Shown: positions 1 through 10,161, counted from the stretch's first letter. The stretch: 64,000 nucleotides of DNA from Spirochaetia bacterium (GCA_965226055.1 CBDDCA010000006.1:96001-160000); one strand, 5' to 3'. Numbers and translations are program-made. The notes: generated by a model not told the origin, from the letters alone.

Positions 1-1693
1 ATCGTGATATATGCATTCCTGTATTGACTTTTTTCTTCACTTGAAATCCATGTTTTTTGAGAAATGCAGTTATTCCCGATGGCGTAAATAAGCTATAGTG
101 ATCGCTGGGAGAACTTTTACAAAATTGAGCAAAATTTTTTCTTGCAGAAATTCCAGAAGCATTAGGAACAGAGATTGCCAATATACCATTTTTCTGTAAT
201 AGGTGATATATGGCATATATAGTATGTTGTAATGTAGTAAAATGCTCTAAGGTAAACCACATACAAATTACCGATGGATTTTCCAGCTTATGATGAGATA
301 AATAATCACATACTGTATCTTTCCATTGATTGTTACTTGCATCAGATTGAAAACAATAATGTTCTGTATTGTCTTGCATATACTGAATTGTATCTTTATT
401 TATATCGGTCCCTACGGGAACATAGTTATGCTTACTTGCAATATCTAGCATAGCATGGTACCCTGCACCTATATCAAGTAATACTGGCTTCTTGTCCTTA
501 TGTGTGCCTGTATGTGTTAGCATAATTTTTTGAATATGCTGTAAACGTTTTTGCATTTTCTGTTTTATATGCTTCAGATCTTCGAGGTATGTTTTGCCAT
601 ACTGAGATTTATATTCTTTCTCAAAATAATGTGCATCATATACAGGAGAATTTCCTAAAAAGGGATATTGATACCAGTACTGTAAAGCATTGCATTTGTA
701 TACTGACGATTCTCTAAAACGTAACACAACTTTATCGGTACGAGGACCTAAACAGGGGTTTGTGCAATGTGTGTACTGAGACATTGCAGTACTATTGTTA
801 TCGGAATGTACCAATAAAAATCGTAAAAAACCATCTATGCTCACATTGTTATGTGGCAAAATTTTGCGACAATGTCGTACTAACGCTGCATATTCTTTTA
901 CATCTAAATGCTTCAAAAAATGTATAAGATCTTCCCCTTGTAAAAATGATTGTGGAAGAGATACCATATCGCTGAGCTTTTGGTGATAATCACTCACATT
1001 AAGAGCAACTGTTGGGATGCCTGCTTTGAGCGCTTCAAATATGCCTAAGCCAAAGTGTGATACAAATAAATCGTAGGTATGCATCTGTTTGTAGAGAAAT
1101 ATATCGCCAAAAATAGTATGTATTCCTAATTTCTTCACTGCTGATTGCATGTTTTTATCGCTGACTGCACAAGTAAGCTGAATATATCGAGATTTGCATA
1201 CCTCATGTATTTTTTCTATATACGGAAGGCTTTTCTCATGCAGATATATGAGTATATTACGCATCAAATACGATTTTTGCTGCGATACTACAATATCAGA
1301 AGGCACCGAAAGCCCTAAATGATAATAGTTTGCTCTATGCTTAAATGTATTAGGCAAGGTATCAATAAGATAATCTGTATAGCTTCTCCCTGTTCCTCCA
1401 ATGTCAATGCCTATTGTTTTTCCAAATTGCTTCCAATGTTTTACTGCTTCTTTTGTAATAGTTTGCGTATCTAAAATTATTGATCTATAGGAAATATCAG
1501 GTTCTACAATAACTTGAGATATTGCAGGGTTGTTATTTGTATGTGTGTTTGAAAATAACTCTTCAACTTCATTATAGTATGCTTTTTCTACTAAAATATC
1601 TGAAGGCAGGCTATTTGCTATCCGAAAACAGCGAATTAAATGCCCTATGCCTGATGTAGAGGTAAAATGCGGAACAAGTAATTGTTTTTCCAT
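1..1693 (-). CDS. Partial (runs off window) PseG/SpsG-like glycosyltransferase-fold domain fused to class I SAM-dependent methyltransferase
   Basis: Manual translation from ATG at 1693: MEKQLLVPHFTSTSGIGHLIRCFRIA (GxGHxxRC motif). The same frame at 784..1 gives LLDIGAG ... WFTLEHF ... GILAISVPN (SAM-MTase motifs). Continuity is inferred from the shared frame and the absence of a stop-bounded ORF in the track. Confidence 0.65.
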   Translation of the reverse strand, partial: MEKQLLVPHFTSTSGIGHLIRCFRIANSLPSDILVEKAYYNEVEELFSNTHTNNNPAISQVIVEPDISYRSIILDTQTITKEAVKHWKQFGKTIGIDIGGTGRSYTDYLIDTLPNTFKHRANYYHLGLSVPSDIVVSQQKSYLMRNILIYLHEKSLPYIEKIHEVCKSRYIQLTCAVSDKNMQSAVKKLGIHTIFGDIFLYKQMHTYDLFVSHFGLGIFEALKAGIPTVALNVSDYHQKLSDMVSLPQSFLQGEDLIHFLKHLDVKEYAALVRHCRKILPHNNVSIDGFLRFLLVHSDNNSTAMSQYTHCTNPCLGPRTDKVVLRFRESSVYKCNALQYWYQYPFLGNSPVYDAHYFEKEYKSQYGKTYLEDLKHIKQKMQKRLQHIQKIMLTHTGTHKDKKPVLLDIGAGYHAMLDIASKHNYVPVGTDINKDTIQYMQDNTEHYCFQSDASNNQWKDTVCDYLSHHKLENPSVICMWFTLEHFTTLQHTIYAIYHLLQKNGILAISVPNASGISARKNFAQFCKSSPSDHYSLFTPSGITAFLKKHGFQVKKKVNTGMHISR

Positions 1694-1769
1694 CGATTAC
1701 ATTATAATCTAGTTTCATAAGAATGTATACAAGTACCTACATATCTATGCCATATAGAGAGATATAGCA

Positions 1770-1796
1770 AAAAGAGAGTGCTATGCACTCTCTTTT
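1770..1796 (-). terminator. Rho-independent terminator of lipoprotein copy 1
   Basis: Perfect 12-bp IR AAAAGAGAGTGC-TAT-GCACTCTCTTTT just past the stop; identical copy at 54353-54379. Confidence 0.85.
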
Positions 1797-1810
1797 AGCC
1801 CTCTTTTTCA

Positions 1811-4800
1811 TTATGAGGTACATGCTGGATCATTTTGATCCTTTGGGTACTTTGCTGTTTTTCCATCCATAGCTGAATTTTTAAAAGTACCACTCAATAT
1901 TGATGCTTTACATAATCTCCACGATGATAAATCTTGATCAAATTTACGAGCCTCTCTAAACATATTGTATATAATAGTAACATTCTGTACATCCCAATCT
2001 CCTATGTCTTGATTAAAAACAGATGCACTGTTGAACATACTATTCATAAGAGTAACCTTACTCATATCCCAATCTCCTATATCTTGATTAAAAGCAGATG
2101 CCAAAGTAAACATATTAGTCACATTAGTAACCTTACCCGTATCCCAATTTCCTATATCTTGATTAAAGACAGTAGCAGAATCAAACATAGCACCTGTATT
2201 CGTTACATTGCTGGTGTTCCACTGTGTTATGTCTCCATTAAAAGTACTATCTCCACTAAATAAACTACTCATATCAGTAATGGCACTGGTATCTATCATG
2301 TTGAGGTTGGGGCTATTAGTGTTTTGTCTCCCTGCTCCTCTTTCTGCAGTGATAATATCTTGTAGTGCTTTCTTTGTCGTTGGTCTGTAATAAGTAGCTA
2401 CTTGTCCTGCTAGTTTCACCAGTCCTGTCTCTACATTGATAGTCGCAAGTACTTTTCCTCCCGAATAGCCCCCTGAAGTAATTGTACATAGTACTACTCC
2501 ATAGTTATACTCAGTTATAGCTGTATCATGTATGTTTGATTTATTTGCTGTGCCTATTATTGTTACTGTATTGGTATTTTTTGCAAATGTTACTGTTAGG
2601 CCTGTTTCTTCTTTGAGTGTGCTGTCATCTAAGATGCTTTCATCACAGGTAAAGGTAAGTCCACTAGGACTGATACTGGTAAGTACTCTCGTTGTATTTT
2701 GTGCGAGTGCTGTGCCTACTGTTGCTGATACCTTTGTGGCATTTCCTATCACTACTGCTTGCGTACTGGCAGATACTGCTGTTGCTTCTGCTGATACTTT
2801 TGTCTTTTTGAGGCTGTTCACTGCTACTGCGGTGATATAGTACTTTGTATTCAATCGTAGATTGCTTATTGTATAGCTTGTTGCTCCTGTTGGTACATCG
2901 TCTTTTTCTGCTCCTTCTTGTGCATCGCTTGCTGCTTTTGCCTGTGTTTTTACTGTTGCTCCATCTATGTTTGTTTTTGAGGCTGCATAGTATACTATAT
3001 AATCTATTTGATTATCTCTTAAATTAGTCGTTCCATCTTCTGTCGTTCCTTTTACGGTTGGGGCTGTTATGGTAAGTACTATGGTTACCCCTTGTGCATT
3101 TGCTTGTATGGTGGGCTTTCCTGGTGTGGCATAGGCTTCTTTTGCGATAAACTCCTTGCGTTCTCCTGTTGCTTCTTTGTTGGTATCGGTGCTGTTTACT
3201 GCTTGTACTACTATTTCGTAGCTTGTGCCTACTGTCAATCCTGTCAGAGTGCTGTTGGTTGTATCTGCTGCTACTGTTGTGGAGCTTCCTGCTGCTGTTT
3301 TTATTTGTGCTACTGTCCTTGTTGTACTGCCATTTTTAGCTACTTTGTATACTTTGTACGATACTTGTGCTGTTGTTAGGGTAGCTCCTTTATTTGTTTT
3401 GTGGCTTGCACTGAGGCTGGGAGCTGTCCATGATAGCCTTGCACTCCCTCCTGTTACTCCTCCTACTTGTATGCTACTTACTTCTGCGGGAGCTGTCGCT
3501 TGTGATGCGGTTGTTACACTTGCCACTGTTGAGGATGCTACTTTCTTGCTAGGGTCTGTTTTTATTGCTACTTCTACCACAAAGTAGTATTTTGTCGCTC
3601 CTTTTACTGCTACTACTGGTGCTGTGTCTGATGATAAGCCTAAACTCGCAAGGGCTTGTACTGTGTACACTCCGCTACTTGCACTGCCTAGGTTTACTTT
3701 TCTGCCTGCAAGTACTTCTGCTACTGTAGGGTTAGTGTCTTTCTGTAAGCCATACACTGTGTATACTAGCTGATTACTAGCGGTTATGTTTGTGCCATCG
3801 TAGTCTTTTGCTCCTGTAAATGTGCTTAGCTCGGTAAGTACCAGCTTTATTGTGCCTGCTGTGTTTGTTGACTGTGATACTACCAACTTTCCTGTGAGTA
3901 ATGACTGGCTGGGTGCTACTGCTTTGGAAGTATAGATTTCCTTTATTTCTGTTACATCGGTGTAAAAGCCTGCAGGAAAGAGCTTGTCGCTATTTGTTGC
4001 ATCGTAATTGGGGGATGTCGTGTTTACTATCCTTACTCCTATGTAGTAGTCTTTTGCTGTTTCTATGGGCGTTGCTCCTGCATTGCTTCCACTGGTGCTG
4101 TCTACTATTGCTATGGATATTGTGTCCTGAGTTGTTCCTGTTGCTTTTGTGTATTTTGCTACTCTCGTACTGCTCTTTTCTGTTGCCCATAGTGCTGATA
4201 CGCTGGCTGGCTTTCCTGTGGTATCTTCTTTCTTGAGGTATAGCACATAGTAGGCAAGGTCTGTTGCTGCAAGGGCATTGCCATTTGCCTTGCTCACTCC
4301 TGCTATAGCTGAGGCATTTACTTGCACTGTTATGACTTTTTTCCCTCTATTGCTTCCTGTTGTAGGCACTGCAAATACTACTGCATTACTGTTAGTGTAG
4401 GTGGTGCTTTTTGGGGTATTTGGTGGTGCAGTAAGTGTTGCTTTCTTTATTGTTACTGATGCTCCTGTACTATACGAGGGATTGAGGCTGTTTATCGCTT
4501 CTACTCCTGCGGTATAGTCTGCTCCTTTTGTTCCTATAAATGTTGCTTTTAATGGAGTGCTGTTTCCCGCTAGCTCCCGTGTTTGTACTCCTGCAAGGGC
4601 TTTTATTTCGTCTAGTGTCTTTGTGCTGTGGTCTCCTGCTGCTATGTATACTTTGTACTGTATTTGTGCTTGCGTGAGTTTTGCTCCACTGGGTGCTTTG
4701 TTATCATTGGTAATGTCTCCTGCACTAAATGTATAGACTGCTTTTGCAGTTGTTTGGGTTACTGACTCTATGGAGAGCTTTGCATCTTTGGGAACGGGCG

Positions 4801-6901
4801 GTGCTGTCGAGGTGCTATCGTATACTGCTACTGCATCACTCAGCGCGGTTACGGGGCTTACTCTGTTATTTGCTATTTGCAGAAAATCAAAGCGATAATT
4901 CTTGGCATTTGCTTGGCTCTTGGGTACTTCTACGCCATCTGCTATGCCAAAGCTAATGGTGGTTGCTGTGTTTGTTATGCTTTTTTCTGCTATTAAGGTA
5001 GCTCCATCTTTCATACGCAAAGTATAGTATCGTCCTATGCCTGGAGCTTGCTTAAAAGTTGCTTTTATTTGTATTGCTCCTGTTTTGTCAAGGGTAGGCT
5101 TGCTTTGAAAGAGATCCTCTGAGGGAGCTGTGAGTGAGTTGGGGGTGGTTATATCTTTTGTTGCTTGGGTGCTTTTGTTTTCTGAGTAATCAAGCGTGAG
5201 TATTGTTATGGTGTATGTTTTTCCTTGCACAAGTTCTTCGACAGAGAGTGAGTTTGTAGGATAAGCTACTTTTTTCTCATTTACTACTGTGGTGCTTGTG
5301 CCTTTCTCTGCTATGCTTATACTGTATTCTTTTATGTCTTTGTTATTGGCTTTTGTTGTATCAGGTGCTGTCCATGTTATCTGTGTGCCTATCTTTGCTG
5401 CTGATACAAAAGGATAGCTTGCTTGTATGTTTGTCACTGCATCGGGGGCGGTGCTATCTGCTTCTGTGCTGACTGTGACTGTTGCTTCTGTTCCTTTGTT
5501 GCCTGCACTGTCCATTGATACGACTGCCACTGTATACTCGATGGTGGCTTTGAGGCCTGGTATCTGTGTATTGCGTACTGTTCTCTCTGTTATTGTTACT
5601 GTCTTTGCTGCTGTTGTGCTGTCCTTTTCTGTTGCTGTTATAGTCACTCCTGCGTAGTCTCGTACATCGGGGGCTTGCCAGCCTACTACTATGCTTGTTG
5701 CTCCTCCTGTGGCACTTACATTGCTTACAGGCTCTGTACTTTTGTCTGTTGTTGCTTGTTCTTTTGACACTGCAGTGGAGTACTTTCCGTTTTTAAAAAC
5801 ATACACTTCTACTTTGTAGGTAAGCGTGCCATAGAGTTTTGTGAGTGCTATGCCATCCTTTGCTACATACACAGTGGCATATTCTTGGTTGTCTGCACTT
5901 GCTCCGCTGACATTGGTTGCACTTGTATCTTTGTCTATTGTCTCCTCTGCTACTACTGTATTTGTTGCAGTTGCTATCACTCGTACTTGGAGGCTTTTTT
6001 CTGTACTTCCTGTTCCAAAATCAAAACTCCCCCACTTGATAAGCAGGCTTTCATCGGCTGGACTATTGCTTTTATCGTTTGCTGTTACTGTAAGGTCTGA
6101 TGCGGAAAGTGGCGTTACTGTTTGCGAGAGTGCTGATGGCACTATGCCTCTGAGTGCTTGCTTTGCCGTGCTTTTGTTACCGTTGCTATCTTTGTACACT
6201 ACTACTATATCATAGCTGATGCCATCTATAGTGGGGACAGCAATGCTCACCTCTCCTTGTGTTACATCTTGTACTGATACTTCTGTCTTTACCCCAGTAG
6301 TTCTTTCTATCACCTGTATTGTGGCTTCGGCTATGTCTGTTTTGCCTGACGAGAGCAGTGCTTTGTCCCATGTTAGCTTTATGCCATTTGTTGCTGATTC
6401 TACTGCTACCTGTGTAAAGGTGTCCTGTGGTGCAGTTTCATCGGTCAGTGTTGTCACAGAGCGGGTTGTTTTTGGTGATACTTCTGTGTCTGAGCCTGAG
6501 TCTGATTTTTGGGCTTCTATCTCTACTGTATAATCGGTAGTAGCATGTAAGCCTCTGAGGGTGTAGGGTCTGTTTTGTTGAAACAATGCACGATATTCTA
6601 TTGCAGGAACACGCACTTCTATTGATTGTGCTGGTGCGGTAGATGTAGCTTTTACGACTACATGCGTAGCTTCGCTTGGAGCTTGCCAGCGTAACGAAAG
6701 TGTCCCATCGTTGCCTGCTGCTTGTATCTGCACATTGGACACTGATGCGAGTGTCGGGGTTACTGGCGTTCCCCCTCCGCCTGAGGAACTGCTACTGCTC
6801 TCTGCACATCCTACGAGTACGAGGGTAGTCATTGCTAGCACTGCTAGTATAGTTAGGTTTTGCTTACTTTGTAGCTTACTATTTAGATGATATTTTTTCA
6901 T
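1811..6901 (-). CDS. Giant surface lipoprotein, FN3-like repeats plus C-terminal BspA/DUF285 repeats (paralog 1)
   Basis: Lipobox LVGC followed by Ser/Gly tether; repeated W-x-AP...Y-x-V FN3-like units; C-terminal 25-aa repeats FNQDIGxWDxxxVTxMxxMF; RBS AGGAG upstream. Confidence 0.85.
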   Translation of the reverse strand: MKKYHLNSKLQSKQNLTILAVLAMTTLVLVGCAESSSSSSGGGGTPVTPTLASVSNVQIQAAGNDGTLSLRWQAPSEATHVVVKATSTAPAQSIEVRVPAIEYRALFQQNRPYTLRGLHATTDYTVEIEAQKSDSGSDTEVSPKTTRSVTTLTDETAPQDTFTQVAVESATNGIKLTWDKALLSSGKTDIAEATIQVIERTTGVKTEVSVQDVTQGEVSIAVPTIDGISYDIVVVYKDSNGNKSTAKQALRGIVPSALSQTVTPLSASDLTVTANDKSNSPADESLLIKWGSFDFGTGSTEKSLQVRVIATATNTVVAEETIDKDTSATNVSGASADNQEYATVYVAKDGIALTKLYGTLTYKVEVYVFKNGKYSTAVSKEQATTDKSTEPVSNVSATGGATSIVVGWQAPDVRDYAGVTITATEKDSTTAAKTVTITERTVRNTQIPGLKATIEYTVAVVSMDSAGNKGTEATVTVSTEADSTAPDAVTNIQASYPFVSAAKIGTQITWTAPDTTKANNKDIKEYSISIAEKGTSTTVVNEKKVAYPTNSLSVEELVQGKTYTITILTLDYSENKSTQATKDITTPNSLTAPSEDLFQSKPTLDKTGAIQIKATFKQAPGIGRYYTLRMKDGATLIAEKSITNTATTISFGIADGVEVPKSQANAKNYRFDFLQIANNRVSPVTALSDAVAVYDSTSTAPPVPKDAKLSIESVTQTTAKAVYTFSAGDITNDNKAPSGAKLTQAQIQYKVYIAAGDHSTKTLDEIKALAGVQTRELAGNSTPLKATFIGTKGADYTAGVEAINSLNPSYSTGASVTIKKATLTAPPNTPKSTTYTNSNAVVFAVPTTGSNRGKKVITVQVNASAIAGVSKANGNALAATDLAYYVLYLKKEDTTGKPASVSALWATEKSSTRVAKYTKATGTTQDTISIAIVDSTSGSNAGATPIETAKDYYIGVRIVNTTSPNYDATNSDKLFPAGFYTDVTEIKEIYTSKAVAPSQSLLTGKLVVSQSTNTAGTIKLVLTELSTFTGAKDYDGTNITASNQLVYTVYGLQKDTNPTVAEVLAGRKVNLGSASSGVYTVQALASLGLSSDTAPVVAVKGATKYYFVVEVAIKTDPSKKVASSTVASVTTASQATAPAEVSSIQVGGVTGGSARLSWTAPSLSASHKTNKGATLTTAQVSYKVYKVAKNGSTTRTVAQIKTAAGSSTTVAADTTNSTLTGLTVGTSYEIVVQAVNSTDTNKEATGERKEFIAKEAYATPGKPTIQANAQGVTIVLTITAPTVKGTTEDGTTNLRDNQIDYIVYYAASKTNIDGATVKTQAKAASDAQEGAEKDDVPTGATSYTISNLRLNTKYYITAVAVNSLKKTKVSAEATAVSASTQAVVIGNATKVSATVGTALAQNTTRVLTSISPSGLTFTCDESILDDSTLKEETGLTVTFAKNTNTVTIIGTANKSNIHDTAITEYNYGVVLCTITSGGYSGGKVLATINVETGLVKLAGQVATYYRPTTKKALQDIITAERGAGRQNTNSPNLNMIDTSAITDMSSLFSGDSTFNGDITQWNTSNVTNTGAMFDSATVFNQDIGNWDTGKVTNVTNMFTLASAFNQDIGDWDMSKVTLMNSMFNSASVFNQDIGDWDVQNVTIIYNMFREARKFDQDLSSWRLCKASILSGTFKNSAMDGKTAKYPKDQNDPACTS

Positions 6902-6928
6902 AATGTTCTCCTTGTTGGTATCTCTATT

Positions 6929-7013
6929 GTGTAATTATCATTACACCTAAGCATCATTATAGTACAAATACTATTTTTTGTGGTTTATCTGAAAATTAAA
7001 AAAAAAAAAAAAA
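6929..7013 (-). promoter_or_regulatory. Promoter region of paralog 1: palindrome, -10 TATAAT, upstream T16 tract
   Basis: GTGTAAT-N4-ATTACAC at 6929-6946; TATAAT (minus) at 6956-6961; A16 on + strand at 6998-7013; region conserved upstream of paralog 3. Confidence 0.65.
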
Positions 7014-7124
7014 TGGGATGAAATACACAAAAATGTACAGCGAAATGTGATAATAATGCTATATTTATCTTTACGAAAATAAGGATACCATACTATAAAT
7101 TATAGTTAGTATGATATGTACTCA

Positions 7125-7712
7125 TTACCCTACTAGCACTTCTTTCAATTCAAGTTCTCCTAATACCCCTAATGCATCAATACACTTGAGCAGCAGCTTT
7201 CTTGTATGATGTGAATCTTCAAGAGCACGGTGAAATGTATCTCCTCCTAAATTAAGCTGTTCAATAAGAAATCCTAGTTTATACTGATAAAGATTAGGAA
7301 AGGCTTTTCTTGATAAACTGACAGTATCAACAAGAGGAATATTAGTAATAGTAGGCAATTTTATTCTTGTAAGTGCAACATTTAAGAAGCGTATATCAAA
7401 ATCTATGTTATGTGCTACTAACACGGTATCTTTAATAAAACTCATAAACAGAGGAATTACCACTTCTATAGGATCAGCATTTTTTACCATATCATTGGTA
7501 ATACCGTGTACCTTACTACTCATATCAGAAATATCCACTGGAGGTTTAATTAAATGCTGAAAAGTATCTATTTCACGTTCTGTATTAAATTTAATAGCAC
7601 CTATTTCTATAATATGCTCGGTACTTTCATCAAACCCCGTTGTCTCGACATCAAAAACAACATATTCTACAGAATGCACAGAATCATTAGGACTAATAAC
7701 TACACTAGCCAT
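7125..7712 (-). CDS. DEDDh 3'-5' exonuclease (DnaQ/PolC-like)
   Basis: VFDVETTG, VAHNIDFD, HRALED motifs. Confidence 0.9.
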   Translation of the reverse strand: MASVVISPNDSVHSVEYVVFDVETTGFDESTEHIIEIGAIKFNTEREIDTFQHLIKPPVDISDMSSKVHGITNDMVKNADPIEVVIPLFMSFIKDTVLVAHNIDFDIRFLNVALTRIKLPTITNIPLVDTVSLSRKAFPNLYQYKLGFLIEQLNLGGDTFHRALEDSHHTRKLLLKCIDALGVLGELELKEVLVG

Positions 7713-9451
7713 GTTTGTACCTCTTTTTCAACAATATCCAGCTCAGATTGTAATTGCTTCTTTGCTTGCTCTAAATCTTTACTTTTTTCTTTTGGAAGAG
7801 AATATAACAAGTATAATTTAATTTTTGGCTCAGTACCCGATGGACGAATACAAATTTTATTGCCTAGCTCAGTGGTAAAGATAAGCACATCTATAGAACG
7901 CATGCCTGTTGTATCTGTACTATTAGTAAGCATATCATGTATAACTCCCGTTTTATAATCTGTTTTAAGTATTATTTTTTGATTTCCTATAACAGTAGGA
8001 CTATTCTCTCGTAATTTTTTCATAATAGATTGCATGGTATCTTTTCCTTCTTTTCCTGTGTACTGCTTGTTTATTGCCCGTTCTTCATGATACCCATGTT
8101 TTATATATAAATCCTCTAATTTTTTAACAAGACTCATCCCTTGAGAAGCATAAAATTTTGCCATATCTATACAGAGCATGCTTGTAGAGATACCATCCTT
8201 ATCACGTACTGCCATACTAGATAAGAATCCATAACTCTCCTCACAAGAAAATACAAATTCACCCATATGCTCACTTTCAATTTTCTTCATGTATTCGGCA
8301 ATATTCTTAAAACCAGTGTACACCTTTGCTGTTGCAATATCATACGATGCAGCTATCTTTTCTTGCAAAAGACTTGTCACTACAGTATTGATAAATATCC
8401 CTTTTTTTCCTAATAGTCCATGCTCTTTTTTTCGGGAAACTATATAGTCTAACAATAAAGCTCCTATTTGATTTCCACTAAGATATATAAAGTCATCTCC
8501 TATTCTTTCAACTACTCCCATTCTATCTGCATCAGGATCAGTAGCAATAACAAGATTAGCCTGTACCTTTTTTGCTGTTTCCACTGCATTATACAATGCT
8601 TTGGGATCTTCAGGGTTAGGGTATGCCACTGTTGGAAACTCTCCGTCAGGTTCTTTCTGGCTTGGCTCTATCACATAGTCTATTTCATGCTGTTTCATAA
8701 GAGCTTCTAAGTGATGAGCTCCTGTTCCGTGTAATGGAGTATATACCACTTTATAATTCATAGCTTGATGTAATGTATTGCTTTCAAGCATGAGTGCAGA
8801 AACATAATCTTGAAATTTTTCATCAAAATCTTGCCCTAACTCTTCATATAATTTTTGTTCTTTTGCCTCTTTAATACTAATAGAAGAAAAAGGAGGGGTT
8901 ACCGATTGAATACGTTCAATAATACCAACATCATGAGGAGATACTACTTGTCCTCCATCATCCCAGTACACTTTTAGTCCATTATATTGTGGTGGATTAT
9001 GGCTTGCCGTGATAACCATTCCTGACTGAGCATGTAAGGCACGTATAGTAAATGATAACTGCGGTGTTGCACGTGGATGAGGATAACGATATACCATAAT
9101 ACCTTTTGCACACGCTATGCTACTTACAATATCGGCAAATTCTTTAGAATAACGCCTTGAATCGTATGCTAGTACTACCTTGATTTGTACATCAGGAAAG
9201 CATTTCAATAGATACTCTACCCACCCTGACGCAACTTTTTGGACAATAAGAGGATTAAGTCGGTTTGTTCCTCCTTCAAGAATACCTCTAATTCCTCCTG
9301 TTCCAAATTCTAATTCAGTATAAAACCTATCATACAACTCATTATTGTCATTTTGAGACTGTAACTGTTGTATCTGTTTTACAAAAAATGTATCCTGCTC
9401 ATGTGCAAGATAATAGTCTATTTTTGATTGAATATTTGAATCTAACTGCAT
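7700..9451 (-). CDS. pgm: Phosphoglucomutase/phosphomannomutase
   Basis: FGTGGIRG, TASHNP, DPDADR, RPSGTEPKIK motifs. Confidence 0.93.
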   Translation of the reverse strand: MQLDSNIQSKIDYYLAHEQDTFFVKQIQQLQSQNDNNELYDRFYTELEFGTGGIRGILEGGTNRLNPLIVQKVASGWVEYLLKCFPDVQIKVVLAYDSRRYSKEFADIVSSIACAKGIMVYRYPHPRATPQLSFTIRALHAQSGMVITASHNPPQYNGLKVYWDDGGQVVSPHDVGIIERIQSVTPPFSSISIKEAKEQKLYEELGQDFDEKFQDYVSALMLESNTLHQAMNYKVVYTPLHGTGAHHLEALMKQHEIDYVIEPSQKEPDGEFPTVAYPNPEDPKALYNAVETAKKVQANLVIATDPDADRMGVVERIGDDFIYLSGNQIGALLLDYIVSRKKEHGLLGKKGIFINTVVTSLLQEKIAASYDIATAKVYTGFKNIAEYMKKIESEHMGEFVFSCEESYGFLSSMAVRDKDGISTSMLCIDMAKFYASQGMSLVKKLEDLYIKHGYHEERAINKQYTGKEGKDTMQSIMKKLRENSPTVIGNQKIILKTDYKTGVIHDMLTNSTDTTGMRSIDVLIFTTELGNKICIRPSGTEPKIKLYLLYSLPKEKSKDLEQAKKQLQSELDIVEKEVQTWLV

Positions 9452-9483
9452 AGTATTATACCTCCTATATTCTTTGTATTAAA

Positions 9484-10161
9484 CTATGTGTATATATATG
9501 ATAGCAAATCATACGGATTACAAGCAACAAACGAATCTCTCAATTCTGACATATCTATATTGACTGAATAATATCCCCATCCAGCTCCAATAAAAAACAT
9601 CTGTGCATGTTTAGAAAAAAGAGCATCGACATTGTTATCTCCTACCATATATGCATGTGATAGAATATCCAATGTTTGTTGTGCAGTACTATCTTGCTCG
9701 TCTATATTCAATGCCATATTCCGATAATACGGACTTGGTTTTTTATATTTGACAGTATCGACTCCTATAATAGAACTCCACTGTATATGAGAGAAAAAAT
9801 GACGCACAACACCGTTAACAAGAGATTGATTTTTATTAGACAAAATTGCTAGATGAGCCTGTTTTTCCTGAAGAGATTCTAACATCTCTAATACTCCATC
9901 AAAAAGTATGCTTTCACGAACTGGCGACTCATTGTAAAAATGTAATGCTTGAGACACTGCTTTTTGTGCAGCATCTTTGGGAAAATCAAAAGGCAACAGA
10001 GCATGTATGGTATGTTCAATACCGTACCCAATAGTATTCTGTACTACTTCTTGACTAACAGGAGGCAACCCTACATACTGCAACGCATGGTTTGCTGTAA
10101 GAGTAATATCAGGCACACTATCAACAAGAGTACCATCAAGATCAAAAATAATATATTTCAT
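9484..10161 (-). CDS. HAD-family hydrolase (phosphoglycolate phosphatase-like)
   Basis: MKYIIFDLDGTLVDS motif I places the start at 10161; SNK, KP and VGD motifs follow. Confidence 0.85.
   Translation of the reverse strand: MKYIIFDLDGTLVDSVPDITLTANHALQYVGLPPVSQEVVQNTIGYGIEHTIHALLPFDFPKDAAQKAVSQALHFYNESPVRESILFDGVLEMLESLQEKQAHLAILSNKNQSLVNGVVRHFFSHIQWSSIIGVDTVKYKKPSPYYRNMALNIDEQDSTAQQTLDILSHAYMVGDNNVDALFSKHAQMFFIGAGWGYYSVNIDMSELRDSFVACNPYDLLSYIYT

Noticed and set aside
795-986. 63-aa + strand ORF
   Set aside because: Antisense to the long minus-strand glycosyltransferase/methyltransferase gene.
1811-2290. Diversity-generating retroelement acting on the variable C-termini
   Set aside because: No reverse transcriptase or non-coding template repeat in the window; differences between tips include indels and are not restricted to adenines.
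1934-6533. Many + strand ORFs over the giant lipoprotein genes (also 44345-48845 and 54539-58748)
   Set aside because: Antisense shadows caused by ACA/GCA/GTA-rich codon usage; they recur only because the sense genes are paralogous.
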